IMG/VR virus record: IMGVR_UViG_3300005805_000339
Coordinates: 1-28,743 of that record
Direction: 5' to 3' (one strand)
DNA: 28,743 nucleotides
Source of the DNA: a virus
Lineage: Duplodnaviria; Caudoviricetes
Made by a program: the position numbers and the translations under genes
Part shown: one piece after another, positions 1-9,684 of the stretch
Layout of the letters: each line of letters begins with the position of its first letter
Numbering within the stretch: the stretch's first letter is position 1
The notes under the pieces: model-generated
Databases searched by the model: none
Told to the model about the DNA's origin: nothing
What the model saw: only the letters and a program-made list of their open reading frames with translations

Positions 1-99
1 TCAGCGTTTGGTGCTATATCTAGCATATCGAGCAAAGCCTTGAACTTCATTACATCTTGCATAGTGATGCTTTCATATACTTCATAGGATGGGTCGATG
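1..99. repeat. Left copy of exact 99-bp inverted repeat (reverse complement of 28645..28743)
   Basis: tcagcgtttggtgctatatc...gggtcgatg is the exact reverse complement of the last 99 nt; first mismatch at position 100 vs 28644. Confidence 0.97.
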
Positions 100-103
100 G
101 GGT

Positions 104-640
104 CTAGCGTATATGGTCTGCTACTTTTTCGGTCGCGTATTCAAGACCTGTATAGGCGTAAGAACCAAACAAGTTTTTTGCTGCCTTACAGTATGCTTTA
201 TATGCATCGTCTTTGTTGTCATAATATCCAAGATTATATGACTTGCCGTTCTTCTTGATACGAGCTTCCCACGATTCTTTGATTTTGTTCCAGAATACGC
301 CTTTATAACCGCTGGTATTATTAGATGATATACGACGGTTGGCTTGATTGGTAGAATCTGTGCATTCTCTTAGATTTTCTATTCTGTTGTCTGCTCTGTC
401 GTGGTTGATATGGTCAATATACTTTTTTGGAAATTTGCCGTGTACATAAAACCAAGCAAGTCTGTGTGCTCGGTATTTTCTTTTGTTGATTTGAATTTGC
501 ACATATCCATCTGTTGATTTGATGCAACCAGCCTTTGAGCCAGCGGGTCCAGTAGCAGATAGCTTTTGCTTCCAAGTAAAGTCGCCGGTGTGCGAGTTAT
601 AATCTAATATTGTTTTTAGGTAATCTATAGTTAGTGTCAT
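104..640 (-). CDS. HNH homing endonuclease with C-terminal AP2 DNA-binding domain
   Basis: YRAHRLAWFYVHG..IDHINHDRADNRIENLR (HNH) followed by NTSGYKGVFW..W.ARI..LGYY..A..AY..AA..LFG (AP2); AAGGA SD upstream. Confidence 0.92.
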   Translation of the reverse strand: MTLTIDYLKTILDYNSHTGDFTWKQKLSATGPAGSKAGCIKSTDGYVQIQINKRKYRAHRLAWFYVHGKFPKKYIDHINHDRADNRIENLRECTDSTNQANRRISSNNTSGYKGVFWNKIKESWEARIKKNGKSYNLGYYDNKDDAYKAYCKAAKNLFGSYAYTGLEYATEKVADHIR

Positions 641-659
641 AATATTTGTCCTTTCAAGA

Positions 660-687
660 GATAAATATTATTGTCAAGATTAAAAAC
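660..687 (-). promoter_or_regulatory. Putative phage promoter GTTTTT-N14-TATTTATC upstream of HNH-AP2
   Basis: Matches the bipartite motif with 14-nt spacer found upstream of several other genes. Confidence 0.65.
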
Positions 688-716
688 ACTTTTTATAGTT
701 AAAAATAATTATTTTA

Positions 717-3700
717 TTATAGATCGTACCAAACAAGATTTGGGCCAGAGGTTCCATTATGACCAAGATATTGTTGAACATTTGGATTGTATGAGCCCAA
801 AGTTTGAAGGGCGCTAAATATATTAGCAACTGTTACATCAGCATCTGTACCACTTGTTCCTGATGTACCACTAGTGCCGCTTGTACCACTTGTTCCAGGT
901 GTGCCTGGGTCTCCGTCAACACCAGATGTACCAGATGTTCCTGAAGTGCCATTACCATCTACACCAGATGTGCCGCTTGTGCCAGATGTACCACTACCAT
1001 CTACACCGCTTGTTCCTGATGTACCATCTGTACCACTTGTACCATCGGTGCCGCTTGTACCATCGGTGCCGCTTGTACCATTGGTTCCGCTTGTGCCATT
1101 AGTGCCAGATGTTCCAGATGTTCCAGAAGTGCCATCTATACCGCTTGTGCCACTCGTTCCATCTGTACCGCTTGTTCCGTCTGTACCGCTTGTGCCACTT
1201 GTACCAGATGTTCCACCTCCTCCACCATTTGCTGCAAACAAAGCATATGAAGCAGTGCCGTGGAATAATCCAAGACCACTGCTTCCACCAGTACCAGATG
1301 TGCCTGTCTGGAAATGACCAATAGTACTTCCACCGACGCTGACATTTATTACGCCTGTGCCTGTGTTTATTATATCAAAATCTCCATTCGTTCCAGAATT
1401 ACGAATTACTCTAGCATCATAATCGCTAACACCAGTTGTTGATATAAAGTCAACATATGTTGCTCTGTTTGCTCTATCCTCAAATCCAAGCTCTATAGCG
1501 GATTCATTGAATTTATTGTCTCCTAATCTATTTGTTGTTCCGCGAACATCAATACTTTGAGATACAAATAAAGTACCATTTCTTTGTATTTGAGCTCTCT
1601 CTAAGTCAGCAGTTCTAAATTTTATTGTGCCGTCACTTGGAGATGTACCAACATCACCGGCAGCTAATACAAGATTTCCTCTTATACCAGGTGAACCTAT
1701 ACTATTTCCAACGAGGTCTATTTGTGCACCATTTGATGCACCATTGGTTTCACCACCTGTAATAGTTAATACACCATTGTTGTCCTGATATCTCATTCCA
1801 ACCTGGCTATTAACCATAAATCCAGAACCTGTAATTCTTGGTGATTGTAACTCAGCAGCTGTTAGTAATACCGTTGCATTAATTGTTCCAGCAGTAATCT
1901 TACCAGCATCAAGTTCACGTATCAAAGCCTGTGGCATAAATACACCATTAGCATCAGCTGTGAATGATTGAGTTACTGTACCATTTGCTGTACTATAAAT
2001 TCTGAACTTATCTGCCTGAACAGTAAATTCACTTTCAGCACCACTTTGATTTATGATTCTAAATCCAGCTATACGTGGCGTGCCAGATGATGTTACTGTA
2101 AGAGCATATTCACCACCAAAGTTGACAAGCGATTGGCTAATTGGATTTATACGACCATCGTCAACAGGTTCCCAACTGCCGCTGTTGCTTGTTATAGTAA
2201 ATCTGTATGGTTTATAATTATCATCAGTATCCCACCACAGATCGCCTATAGCTATGGAACCAGTTGTATCACCGGTTGGTGGAGTTGTTTGATACCAAGA
2301 TACTTTACCACTTAATCTTTGTGGTGTGCTCCAAGAGCCACTTAATGTTATACCATCAGATCCAAGAATTACACCATTTGAAACCCAAAGAGCATTACCA
2401 TTATCAGCTGGAATTGATATACTCCAAAATGCTGGCGTAAGATTGCCAGTTGGTGTCGGCGGAGGAGTAGCACTGCGACGATAGATATTATATTGTATAT
2501 TACCTGCACTGCCACTTGGTCCAGCACTACCACTTGCCTCAATAGGGAATATAGAAGCAGACACAGCACTTGATGTCGCAGACATATTGTTGCTCGTATC
2601 TATATTTTGCAACCAAGCGTATTGTAGTAAACTGCTCGTTACAGCAATTGCTTTATTGAAAGTCGTGCCAGATATTGTGCCTTGAAGTTGGGCTGTTCCA
2701 AGATTATTACTGGTGTTTAAAAATATCTTGGTAAATTTATAATCTGTATCAACGGCTGGATTGACCCAAGTTAATGTGAAACTACCAGTGCCACCAGTTG
2801 CTACTATGTTTGTTGGTGTTTGTGGAGCAGTATTATCTCCATTTATTTTTAGGCTGGCACTTACATATGTGCTATATACACCAAGATAATTTAGATTGCG
2901 TGCTCTGAACTCATATGTATTTCCAGCTATAACATCAAGAGTTGTAAATGTATTGTCTGTTCTGGATACAACACCCAAACTGTCATAGTTTGCTGATGCT
3001 GTATTTCTAAATTCAAGAGCAACATCAGCAATACTACCGCTGAAGGATGAACTCCAAAGCATCGTAGCACTTGGAAATACAGTACCATCTCTGTCCAATG
3101 TAGTTGTTTCAGTTACACTAAATCCAACTGGAGGTTGTACAACAAATGGATTTGGCAGATTTGTATTTGGACTTAGATCACGATCAACATCTTCATCAAT
3201 TGGAAAGTCATAAATTGTCGCAGCAGTTTCTTTTAATACAAGATTTATGCTTAAATCTGGATTTATCACCAATTCATTTACTTCAAATACTTTATTTTCC
3301 CAGCCATATCTTGCTAAACTTAGATATACATTATCTCCAGCTATCAACTGCAAACCGCTGATTTTTGTGGTCAATGATACAGTCAAATCTTGACGACTAT
3401 CCAACAATGCCAATTTTGCCAATCTACGAGCAACTGTATGATCTGTAACAGATGGCAATTCCAAATCTATTGGATTTTCTATACCATAATCTTCAGCCAA
3501 ATAAAAACTGCTTGTTATAGGCACAAAGTCACCAGCTTGAAAACTGGATGTATAAAAATCATCTGGTTGATTACTGCTTGTAGCTACAGTATATGGATTT
3601 CCATCTATATACAATCCTCTTACACTATTGAATGCATTTGCTAGAGATGAGCGTGTGGTTACAGCTATACTACCTACAAGATCATCTTCATTCAATGATA

Positions 3701-4631
3701 CAGTTGGAGTGCTATATGCACCAGCTTTCAATATGAACTTGCCATTGCTATATGCAAGTTTGCCATAACAGCTTTTTAAAATATCTTCTATTACTTTTGC
3801 TGGTTTAGCATTAAGAGTAAACGTATAATTGCAAGTATATCTCCGACCAGTAAAACCACTTGGTATTGTATTGCACACATCTCTTGCTGTAGCAAAACTG
3901 CCTGTATCAATTTCATCATTACTTACTCCAAAATAATTCTTCAAATAGTGTAGTAATATAAGCGCTGGATTGTCATAATAATCTACATCACTGCCATCAA
4001 CGTCTTGTAATTTATGTCCAACAATTGTAGCGGATATATTTGGTATACCATTTGGATATACAGCAGGATCAGCAACAAGCTTTGTATATATGCTAGCAAT
4101 ACCATTCAGTTTATGATCGCTGGTCCATTCCGTAGCTGGAGTCATTACATAAGCTGTTTGGCTGCTTGCACCAATTTTATATGTCAAAGCTAATTTGTCA
4201 GATGGAAATGTTGGAGTTTGTCCACTGCCACTCGTCCAAGCCAATACGTCGTTGAAGAAAATGTTTTTAAACTCTGTTACTTCGTGTCCAGCAACCGCAA
4301 CAATTAAATGCAAAAATTCATTCTTTCCAGAGAAATTTGAACTGTTGGTACTAGCAAAAACTATTGGCCCAGATACACGATTCGTGCCATATAATACTCT
4401 CCTTGACGCTACCGTGTCACGCGTCATCGTAATTTTACCACTCGTTTCACTTTGTAAATTACCAAAAGATGGTATTTTCATTGTTGATTTTACTGCAGCA
4501 TATGTACCAGCAGCAACAATGGCATAAGAAGCAACATAAACAGCCGCATATTGTCCAGCTGTAACGCTGACTCCGTATGATGCTAAATAATATAGAATTT
4601 CAGTTGCGATATAAGTGGCTACTTGTGGCAT
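717..4631 (-). CDS. Tail tip attachment / central fibre protein (lambda J-like) with FN3-like domains and C-terminal GTS collagen-like tract
   Basis: Follows the tail-tip genes; RRVLYGTNRVSGPIVF, GIPNISATIVG, DNPALILLHYL, RRYTCN motifs; FN3-like YEFRARN and DNTAPQTPTN..LTW; IAGF..SEFTVQADKF segment; 1304 aa. Confidence 0.88.
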   Translation of the reverse strand: MPQVATYIATEILYYLASYGVSVTAGQYAAVYVASYAIVAAGTYAAVKSTMKIPSFGNLQSETSGKITMTRDTVASRRVLYGTNRVSGPIVFASTNSSNFSGKNEFLHLIVAVAGHEVTEFKNIFFNDVLAWTSGSGQTPTFPSDKLALTYKIGASSQTAYVMTPATEWTSDHKLNGIASIYTKLVADPAVYPNGIPNISATIVGHKLQDVDGSDVDYYDNPALILLHYLKNYFGVSNDEIDTGSFATARDVCNTIPSGFTGRRYTCNYTFTLNAKPAKVIEDILKSCYGKLAYSNGKFILKAGAYSTPTVSLNEDDLVGSIAVTTRSSLANAFNSVRGLYIDGNPYTVATSSNQPDDFYTSSFQAGDFVPITSSFYLAEDYGIENPIDLELPSVTDHTVARRLAKLALLDSRQDLTVSLTTKISGLQLIAGDNVYLSLARYGWENKVFEVNELVINPDLSINLVLKETAATIYDFPIDEDVDRDLSPNTNLPNPFVVQPPVGFSVTETTTLDRDGTVFPSATMLWSSSFSGSIADVALEFRNTASANYDSLGVVSRTDNTFTTLDVIAGNTYEFRARNLNYLGVYSTYVSASLKINGDNTAPQTPTNIVATGGTGSFTLTWVNPAVDTDYKFTKIFLNTSNNLGTAQLQGTISGTTFNKAIAVTSSLLQYAWLQNIDTSNNMSATSSAVSASIFPIEASGSAGPSGSAGNIQYNIYRRSATPPPTPTGNLTPAFWSISIPADNGNALWVSNGVILGSDGITLSGSWSTPQRLSGKVSWYQTTPPTGDTTGSIAIGDLWWDTDDNYKPYRFTITSNSGSWEPVDDGRINPISQSLVNFGGEYALTVTSSGTPRIAGFRIINQSGAESEFTVQADKFRIYSTANGTVTQSFTADANGVFMPQALIRELDAGKITAGTINATVLLTAAELQSPRITGSGFMVNSQVGMRYQDNNGVLTITGGETNGASNGAQIDLVGNSIGSPGIRGNLVLAAGDVGTSPSDGTIKFRTADLERAQIQRNGTLFVSQSIDVRGTTNRLGDNKFNESAIELGFEDRANRATYVDFISTTGVSDYDARVIRNSGTNGDFDIINTGTGVINVSVGGSTIGHFQTGTSGTGGSSGLGLFHGTASYALFAANGGGGGTSGTSGTSGTDGTSGTDGTSGTSGIDGTSGTSGTSGTNGTSGTNGTSGTDGTSGTDGTSGTDGTSGTSGVDGSGTSGTSGTSGVDGNGTSGTSGTSGVDGDPGTPGTSGTSGTSGTSGTSGTDADVTVANIFSALQTLGSYNPNVQQYLGHNGTSGPNLVWYDL
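843..1214 (-). repeat. (Gly-Thr-Ser/Asp/Asn)n collagen-like coding repeat in the J-like protein
   Basis: GTSGTSGTDGTSGTD...; Gly at every third residue with a few interruptions; degenerate 9-nt DNA units. Confidence 0.95.
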
Positions 4632-4634
4632 ATT

Positions 4635-5012
4635 TTATTTCTCCGAATAGTAATATACATCTGTAATTTTTTCTCTTGGTCTAAATGCCCCTCCAGCAAA
4701 TAGGCCTTTGTATCCATCCGACATACCAATAGCATTATCAGCTATGACAACGTCTCCTGGAAACATAGATTTGTCTTGTCTTTTAATAAAACCAGCATCA
4801 GTTAAAACTTTATGCCATCCACCTCTTTGTTCTATTAATGAAAATGCACTATCTTTATCTGAACATTTATTTTTAAACTCTGACAAGAAATCTTTGCCAT
4901 ACATAAAGTTTAGCATATATCCTACAAAAAAGCCACAATTGTTTGTGCTCCAATCAAATTTGCGTCTATGAAGCTCTTCCAATTTTTTATAAAATGTAGA
5001 ATCTATATTCAT
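4635..5012 (-). CDS. Tail assembly protein, NlpC/P60-like (DUF6950-like)
   Basis: FDWSTNNCGFFV..G.D and PGDVV..IG motifs; usual position just upstream of the J-like gene. Confidence 0.7.
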   Translation of the reverse strand: MNIDSTFYKKLEELHRRKFDWSTNNCGFFVGYMLNFMYGKDFLSEFKNKCSDKDSAFSLIEQRGGWHKVLTDAGFIKRQDKSMFPGDVVIADNAIGMSDGYKGLFAGGAFRPREKITDVYYYSEK

Positions 5013-5653
5013 TATGATCCAGTTCCAGTTCCTTCGCCGTCTCCATCACCTTCACCAGAAGAATTTCCAACGCTAGATGGAGCACTTACACCCCAATAAA
5101 TTGATTTGTCAGCCATACTAGCCACAAATTCAAGACCTTTATCATCTGGATACAATTGCTTTTGTGCTTCATCTGTATATCTTACATCTTTTGGTCTATT
5201 TAATTCAATCAATCGACTTTCACATTTTACAGTTATTGCAGAAGTATCAGATGATTCGTTTATTAAAAGCTGATCCATTTTGCCTCGGAACAATGTTATT
5301 TGTTCATAGCTTGTCATAGCAGTATTGTATAAAATGAGATATACAACTGCATCTCTATTTCTATATGATCCAGTTAAAGCAAGACTGACATATTCTGTTG
5401 GTATGCCAGATAATGTAAGATCCATACTTTTTGCAGAAACATCTGTGGTTTCTGATACAGAGGATATACTGCCAAGAGTACCAATACCAAGATAATTTCC
5501 ACTACCACTTATGTCAGTAAAAGAAGCAGATTGTATTCCAGTCCATAATCTAACTGGAGCACTTCCACTAAAATCAAGATATGCAGCTAAGTAAGGTTGG
5601 ATTATAGTTACAGAGCTGCTAACATATGTATCAGTTACATTTGGTCTACTCAT
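5012..5653 (-). CDS. Minor tail / tail-tip hub protein
   Basis: RLWTG, YLGIGTLGSIS..E, LTLSGIP, LFRGKMD, CESRL..L.RP..RYT.E.Q..YP.D.GLEFV pattern; position between Dit and NlpC-like gene. Confidence 0.8.
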   Translation of the reverse strand: MSRPNVTDTYVSSSVTIIQPYLAAYLDFSGSAPVRLWTGIQSASFTDISGSGNYLGIGTLGSISSVSETTDVSAKSMDLTLSGIPTEYVSLALTGSYRNRDAVVYLILYNTAMTSYEQITLFRGKMDQLLINESSDTSAITVKCESRLIELNRPKDVRYTDEAQKQLYPDDKGLEFVASMADKSIYWGVSAPSSVGNSSGEGDGDGEGTGTGS

Positions 5654-6195
5654 ATAGCTTCAATCATAGGAATTGTTACTTCTGTAAGCATAAATTGATC
5701 TACTGTATATCTCGTATCATTCATAGCAAGTCTCATTCTTACTCCAGCTGAATTGTTTATACTATATGCTGTGCTTGGACTTAGTTTTGGAAACAATGAT
5801 GTAGCTGTGGTAAATTGAACAAGTCTGTTTGATGTAGTATCATATCCATATTTACCAACTTGAACTGTGCCAGAACTTACACTAAAATCATTTCCAGTTG
5901 CTGTAGTAGTTATGCCTACAGTAGATGATATAATAAATTTGCTTGGCAATTTAAAAGTAAATGTACCAACTGTTCCAGCGAGAGCATTAAGAAAAGCAGT
6001 CAACTCTTCAGCATCTGTCTGGAACATTGGAGCAAGTGTTACATTAAGTTCCCACCATTGACCACCATAACGATATATCTGAGTTTTGCCTGTAAAAGGT
6101 GACTGAAATTGAGTAGTCAATGTTTTGGCAGTAAATTCTATATTACGAGGTTGAAGCCTTGTATTTGTTGGATATGTTAATGGAAAATTTGGCAT
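5650..6195 (-). CDS. Distal tail protein (Dit-like)
   Basis: Immediately after the tape measure gene; FQSPFTG..Q..GQWWEL..AFL..L.G..GTF motif; ends in EAI. Confidence 0.75.
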   Translation of the reverse strand: MPNFPLTYPTNTRLQPRNIEFTAKTLTTQFQSPFTGKTQIYRYGGQWWELNVTLAPMFQTDAEELTAFLNALAGTVGTFTFKLPSKFIISSTVGITTTATGNDFSVSSGTVQVGKYGYDTTSNRLVQFTTATSLFPKLSPSTAYSINNSAGVRMRLAMNDTRYTVDQFMLTEVTIPMIEAI

Positions 6196-6207
6196 ATAAT
6201 TTAATTA

Positions 6208-8736
6208 TTAAGCTGCGGCTAGTCCTTTGGCATAAGACCCACCACGTTGTTTTGCGTCAAGAACACCAGCCATAGCTTCTTGTTTGAATCTTGGTAATAG
6301 GCCAATCATTTCAGCACGTACTGTTTGAGCAACTCCGGTTTGAATGTTTATATTTTGTACAACATTAATTTGTTCTCCACCACCTTGAAAATCATTTGGT
6401 AATATCATTCCATTGGATCTTGGAACAAACATTTCTGGGCCATCTTCTCCAACCAGATATGATCCTCCACTCCTAACAGATCCACCATCTTTTTTTGGTA
6501 TAAGACCAGTAAGTCTGCCAAATGATTGTGCTGCCTCTGAGTTTATACTGCCTGTTGCAAGTCCTATGCTTGCCATTATAGCTTGTAATATTAGTGTTCT
6601 TAAAATTAATACTTGAATATCTTTTAATACACTCTTAAATACATTTTTAAATGCATCAGCAAAATTTTCTCCTTCTACTATTGCTCTAGCAAACTGATCG
6701 GCAAATCCAGACATAAATTCATAAGCTTTCATTATTCCAGGATTTGTAGCTTCCCACAATTCAACGCTTGACTTTGCTAATGCTGCGGTGGATTGTTCCA
6801 GAGTAATAAATCCAGCTTCATATAATTCAATTATATTTCCTATTCTTACTCTTACTTCATCTCCTGGTTTAGCAATATAATTTACTATACTTTGTCCCAT
6901 ATCTTTTATTACTTTATCAGTAGCCATCGTGGCTTCTTCAATTGTAATAAATCCATCTTGATAAGATACAGCAAAATCAAGTATTTTTTGTTTAGCTTCC
7001 TCTATTGGAGTACGAATAAAATCTCTTACAGATTTTCCAGCATTTGCTGTGGTTAATTCTATAGCTCTTTGTGCTTCTTCCAAAGATATTATACCCTCGG
7101 CATATTGTCTACCAAATTCAAGGATTTGTCTTTTAACAAGCTGTGCCGGAGTAGAAAGTAATTCTTCTGTTGATTTTCTAGCATTTTTTGTTATTCTATT
7201 TATTTCTTTTTGATAAGTTTCATAACTTATCATTCCACTTTGAAATACTTCTCTTGCTCTATCCAATTCTCTTTCATATAATTCACTAGGAGTCAATATT
7301 GATTCTTCTATAGCCTTTGCTCTAGAGGCCATATCTGATATACTAGCTTCAGTTAATTCCATCTCAGCTTTTGCTAGATCTTTCAAAGCCTGTTCTTCTT
7401 TATCTATAATTAATGTAGCATCATTAGCCTCTTGGCTAAATTGTTTTTGTGTATTTATTAAATTTTCAAAAGAATTTTTAGTTTCTTCGCTACTAAATCC
7501 AAGTTTTTTAAATATTTCTTCTATTGATGCTGAAACAATCTCATTTTGATATATTGCTTTATCTCTATATTTCTTTATTGTTTCATCACTTGCTCCAAAA
7601 TATTCAAGCAAATCGGCAAACAATTCATTTCCAATAGCAAATGTTTTAAATAATAATAAGAATGCACCGGTTATAGCAGCTACAGCTCCTAATACAACCC
7701 CAGCAGCAGCTGATACTGCAGCAAATCCAGCAGCCACTGCTTTTAGAGCTACGGAAAGTGCGCCAAGACCACTTAACAAAACAGAAGGTATAGCTATTCT
7801 TAATAATGTTGTTTGAAAGAATAATGCAGCTGTATTTGCTGCGATTTGTGCTTTTGTATAAGTAGATACTGCGTTGGCTACATTTATTATCAATGTTGCA
7901 AACGATGCTAATATAATTGGACTGAATGCTATAGCTATTGCCTTTGCAACACCTTCTATATTTTTTATTATGAAAATTAAAGAATCAGATATACTAGTTA
8001 AACTTGGTGTTAATGATATTAATGTTTGTTTAAATTTCTGTTCTATAGTTCTTGAAACTTCTTCGTATTGTTTATTAAGTCTATCAAGTTTTATTATTTC
8101 TTCTGGCGTGGAAGAGCCTTTTGCAGCATTAACAATTCCATCTCTTCCTTTTGCTATTATTGGAGCTAATTCAGTATAAGATTTCCCAAGAAGTTTAATT
8201 CCTAACTCATTTCTTTTATTTTCATCAGTTACTTTTGATAATGCATCGGCTATAGCCAAAAATCTTTCATCCGGTGACAAGGTTGATATATAAGAATATG
8301 ATATACCGAGATCATTAAATGCTTTTGTTGTTTCTTTTGCGCCATTTAAAGCTTCATTTATAGATTTTTGTAATTCTTTATATGCTACTTTTACATCACC
8401 AATTGTTGCTCCATTTCTTTTAACAGCGACATCCAAGGCAGTAAATTGAGCAACAGAAGCGCCTACTTTTTCCGCTTCATCAACAAGCATTGATGTATTC
8501 TTTAAAATATCAGAAAAAGCAGAAACCAATTTTTGAGTTGAAAATACAGCCAAAAATTGCTTACCTAATCTATCTAGCGCTTTTGCCGTTGATTGAAATG
8601 AATCATTGGCATTTTTAGTTTGCTTATCTGTATTTGAGGCCCAAGACTTTGTTTGCCTATTTATGTTTTCAAGCCCTTGGATGTACTTTCCTGTGTTGGC
8701 AATAAAATCGACTGCTACTGTACTTAGTGTGGCCAT
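6208..8736 (-). CDS. Tape measure protein
   Basis: 842 aa, helical and Ala-rich with a central hydrophobic segment; C-terminal DGGSV..GGSYLVGEDGPEMFVP.SNG.I.PN motif; position after chaperones. Confidence 0.93.
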   Translation of the reverse strand: MATLSTVAVDFIANTGKYIQGLENINRQTKSWASNTDKQTKNANDSFQSTAKALDRLGKQFLAVFSTQKLVSAFSDILKNTSMLVDEAEKVGASVAQFTALDVAVKRNGATIGDVKVAYKELQKSINEALNGAKETTKAFNDLGISYSYISTLSPDERFLAIADALSKVTDENKRNELGIKLLGKSYTELAPIIAKGRDGIVNAAKGSSTPEEIIKLDRLNKQYEEVSRTIEQKFKQTLISLTPSLTSISDSLIFIIKNIEGVAKAIAIAFSPIILASFATLIINVANAVSTYTKAQIAANTAALFFQTTLLRIAIPSVLLSGLGALSVALKAVAAGFAAVSAAAGVVLGAVAAITGAFLLLFKTFAIGNELFADLLEYFGASDETIKKYRDKAIYQNEIVSASIEEIFKKLGFSSEETKNSFENLINTQKQFSQEANDATLIIDKEEQALKDLAKAEMELTEASISDMASRAKAIEESILTPSELYERELDRAREVFQSGMISYETYQKEINRITKNARKSTEELLSTPAQLVKRQILEFGRQYAEGIISLEEAQRAIELTTANAGKSVRDFIRTPIEEAKQKILDFAVSYQDGFITIEEATMATDKVIKDMGQSIVNYIAKPGDEVRVRIGNIIELYEAGFITLEQSTAALAKSSVELWEATNPGIMKAYEFMSGFADQFARAIVEGENFADAFKNVFKSVLKDIQVLILRTLILQAIMASIGLATGSINSEAAQSFGRLTGLIPKKDGGSVRSGGSYLVGEDGPEMFVPRSNGMILPNDFQGGGEQINVVQNINIQTGVAQTVRAEMIGLLPRFKQEAMAGVLDAKQRGGSYAKGLAAA

Positions 8737-8770
8737 AATTTAAATCTTATTTAATATAAGTATTGTAGTA

Positions 8771-9094
8771 TTATTGATTCTGCTGTTTTGTAGACATATA
8801 TTTCAAGAAGTTTGCCTTTATTTCAGCCTCATTTTCCTTTGTAGTCTTGGTAGTCTTGGGCATAAAATCTTTTGGCTCATATTTCTTTTTGCCACCACCC
8901 ATGCAATTGGCTATAATACAACATAATACAGCATTTCTGGCATCTTTTCTGTTTTCTCTTTCTTTCCACGCATTCATTAATGCTGCATATAATGGATCCG
9001 TTGGAGTCATTGCATACAATGTCTCCAACGGAATTGGCACATTAAGTTCTACGCATGCGAAGGCCACAATGTCATGCGCAGAATATTTATTCAT
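8771..9094 (-). CDS. Tail assembly chaperone, second (gpT-like) ORF
   Basis: Directly upstream of TMP; MTP.D, DARNA.L..IIAN..G..Y.PKDFMP motif; TAATG overlap with the upstream ORF. Confidence 0.7.
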   Translation of the reverse strand: MNKYSAHDIVAFACVELNVPIPLETLYAMTPTDPLYAALMNAWKERENRKDARNAVLCCIIANCMGGGKKKYEPKDFMPKTTKTTKENEAEIKANFLKYMSTKQQNQ

Positions 9095-9321
9095 TACTTA
9101 ACTTCTTCAGATATAGATTTTATAGCTTCCTGAAATTCATCAGTAGACATATTTTCAATCTTATCAAAAGTAACTGTGTTATCCTTTGTATGCTTTATAA
9201 GAAATACAATATCACGAAGATCTGTAGCTGACTTGTTTTCTTTGCTAAAAAGCTCCATAGCATTTTTATTGCTAAGCTTTTCATATGTACACATTGATTT
9301 TAGACTAATTTTATCGAACAT
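9094..9321 (-). CDS. Putative tail assembly chaperone, first (gpG-like) ORF
   Basis: Position between major tail and TMP genes; small helical protein; coupled to the next ORF. Confidence 0.55.
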   Translation of the reverse strand: MFDKISLKSMCTYEKLSNKNAMELFSKENKSATDLRDIVFLIKHTKDNTVTFDKIENMSTDEFQEAIKSISEEVK

Positions 9322-9323
9322 AA

Positions 9324-9560
9324 TTATACCTTTTCTGTTTGGTTTTTGAACTTACGAAATTGAGAATCGTATTTGATGAGGAACATTTTTAATTGCCTAT
9401 CCTCTAATTGTTTTTGATGCATTGTCAAAATATACTTTGCACGTTGCTCATCGGACCATTCGGCACCGAATCTTGGATGGTTTTTTCCAACATACTTTTT
9501 GCGAGATGCTGCTATCTTCTTTTTTGTTTCTTCACTATGCGTTTTTCCCTTAAATGACAT
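9324..9560 (-). CDS. Stand-alone NUMOD3-motif basic protein
   Basis: FKGKTHSEETKKKIA and G.NHPRFG..WSDEQRAK motifs; no nuclease domain; AAGGA SD and own promoter-like motif. Confidence 0.78.
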   Translation of the reverse strand: MSFKGKTHSEETKKKIAASRKKYVGKNHPRFGAEWSDEQRAKYILTMHQKQLEDRQLKMFLIKYDSQFRKFKNQTEKV

Positions 9561-9575
9561 AAAATTCCTTTCAGA

Positions 9576-9603
9576 TATACATATAACTATAAAATGTAAA
9601 AAC
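9576..9603 (-). promoter_or_regulatory. Putative promoter GTTTTT-N14-TATGTATA
   Basis: Bipartite motif directly downstream of the terminator at 9631..9661. Confidence 0.7.
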
Positions 9604-9630
9604 GATATTTAGACTTAGAAAAAGGCAAAG

Positions 9631-9661
9631 AAAAAACCCACCAAATAAATGGTGGGTTTTT
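9631..9661 (-). terminator. Rho-independent terminator after major tail gene (potentially bidirectional)
   Basis: AAAAAACCCACCA-aataaa-TGGTGGGTTTTT perfect stem with flanking A/T tracts. Confidence 0.9.
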
Positions 9662-9684
9662 ATAATCAAATAATCCTAGAAGAA

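Noticed and set aside
843-1214. Tandem DNA repeats as a possible CRISPR array
   Set aside because: Degenerate 9-nt coding units, no constant repeat with unique spacers, and no cas genes.
874-1345. Plus-strand and alternative-frame ORFs with PLVPDV or HL/CH-type repeats (also 12257..12637, 13436..13783, 19100..19366)
   Set aside because: They are shadows of the GTS repeat codons of the real minus-strand genes, with no independent start signals.
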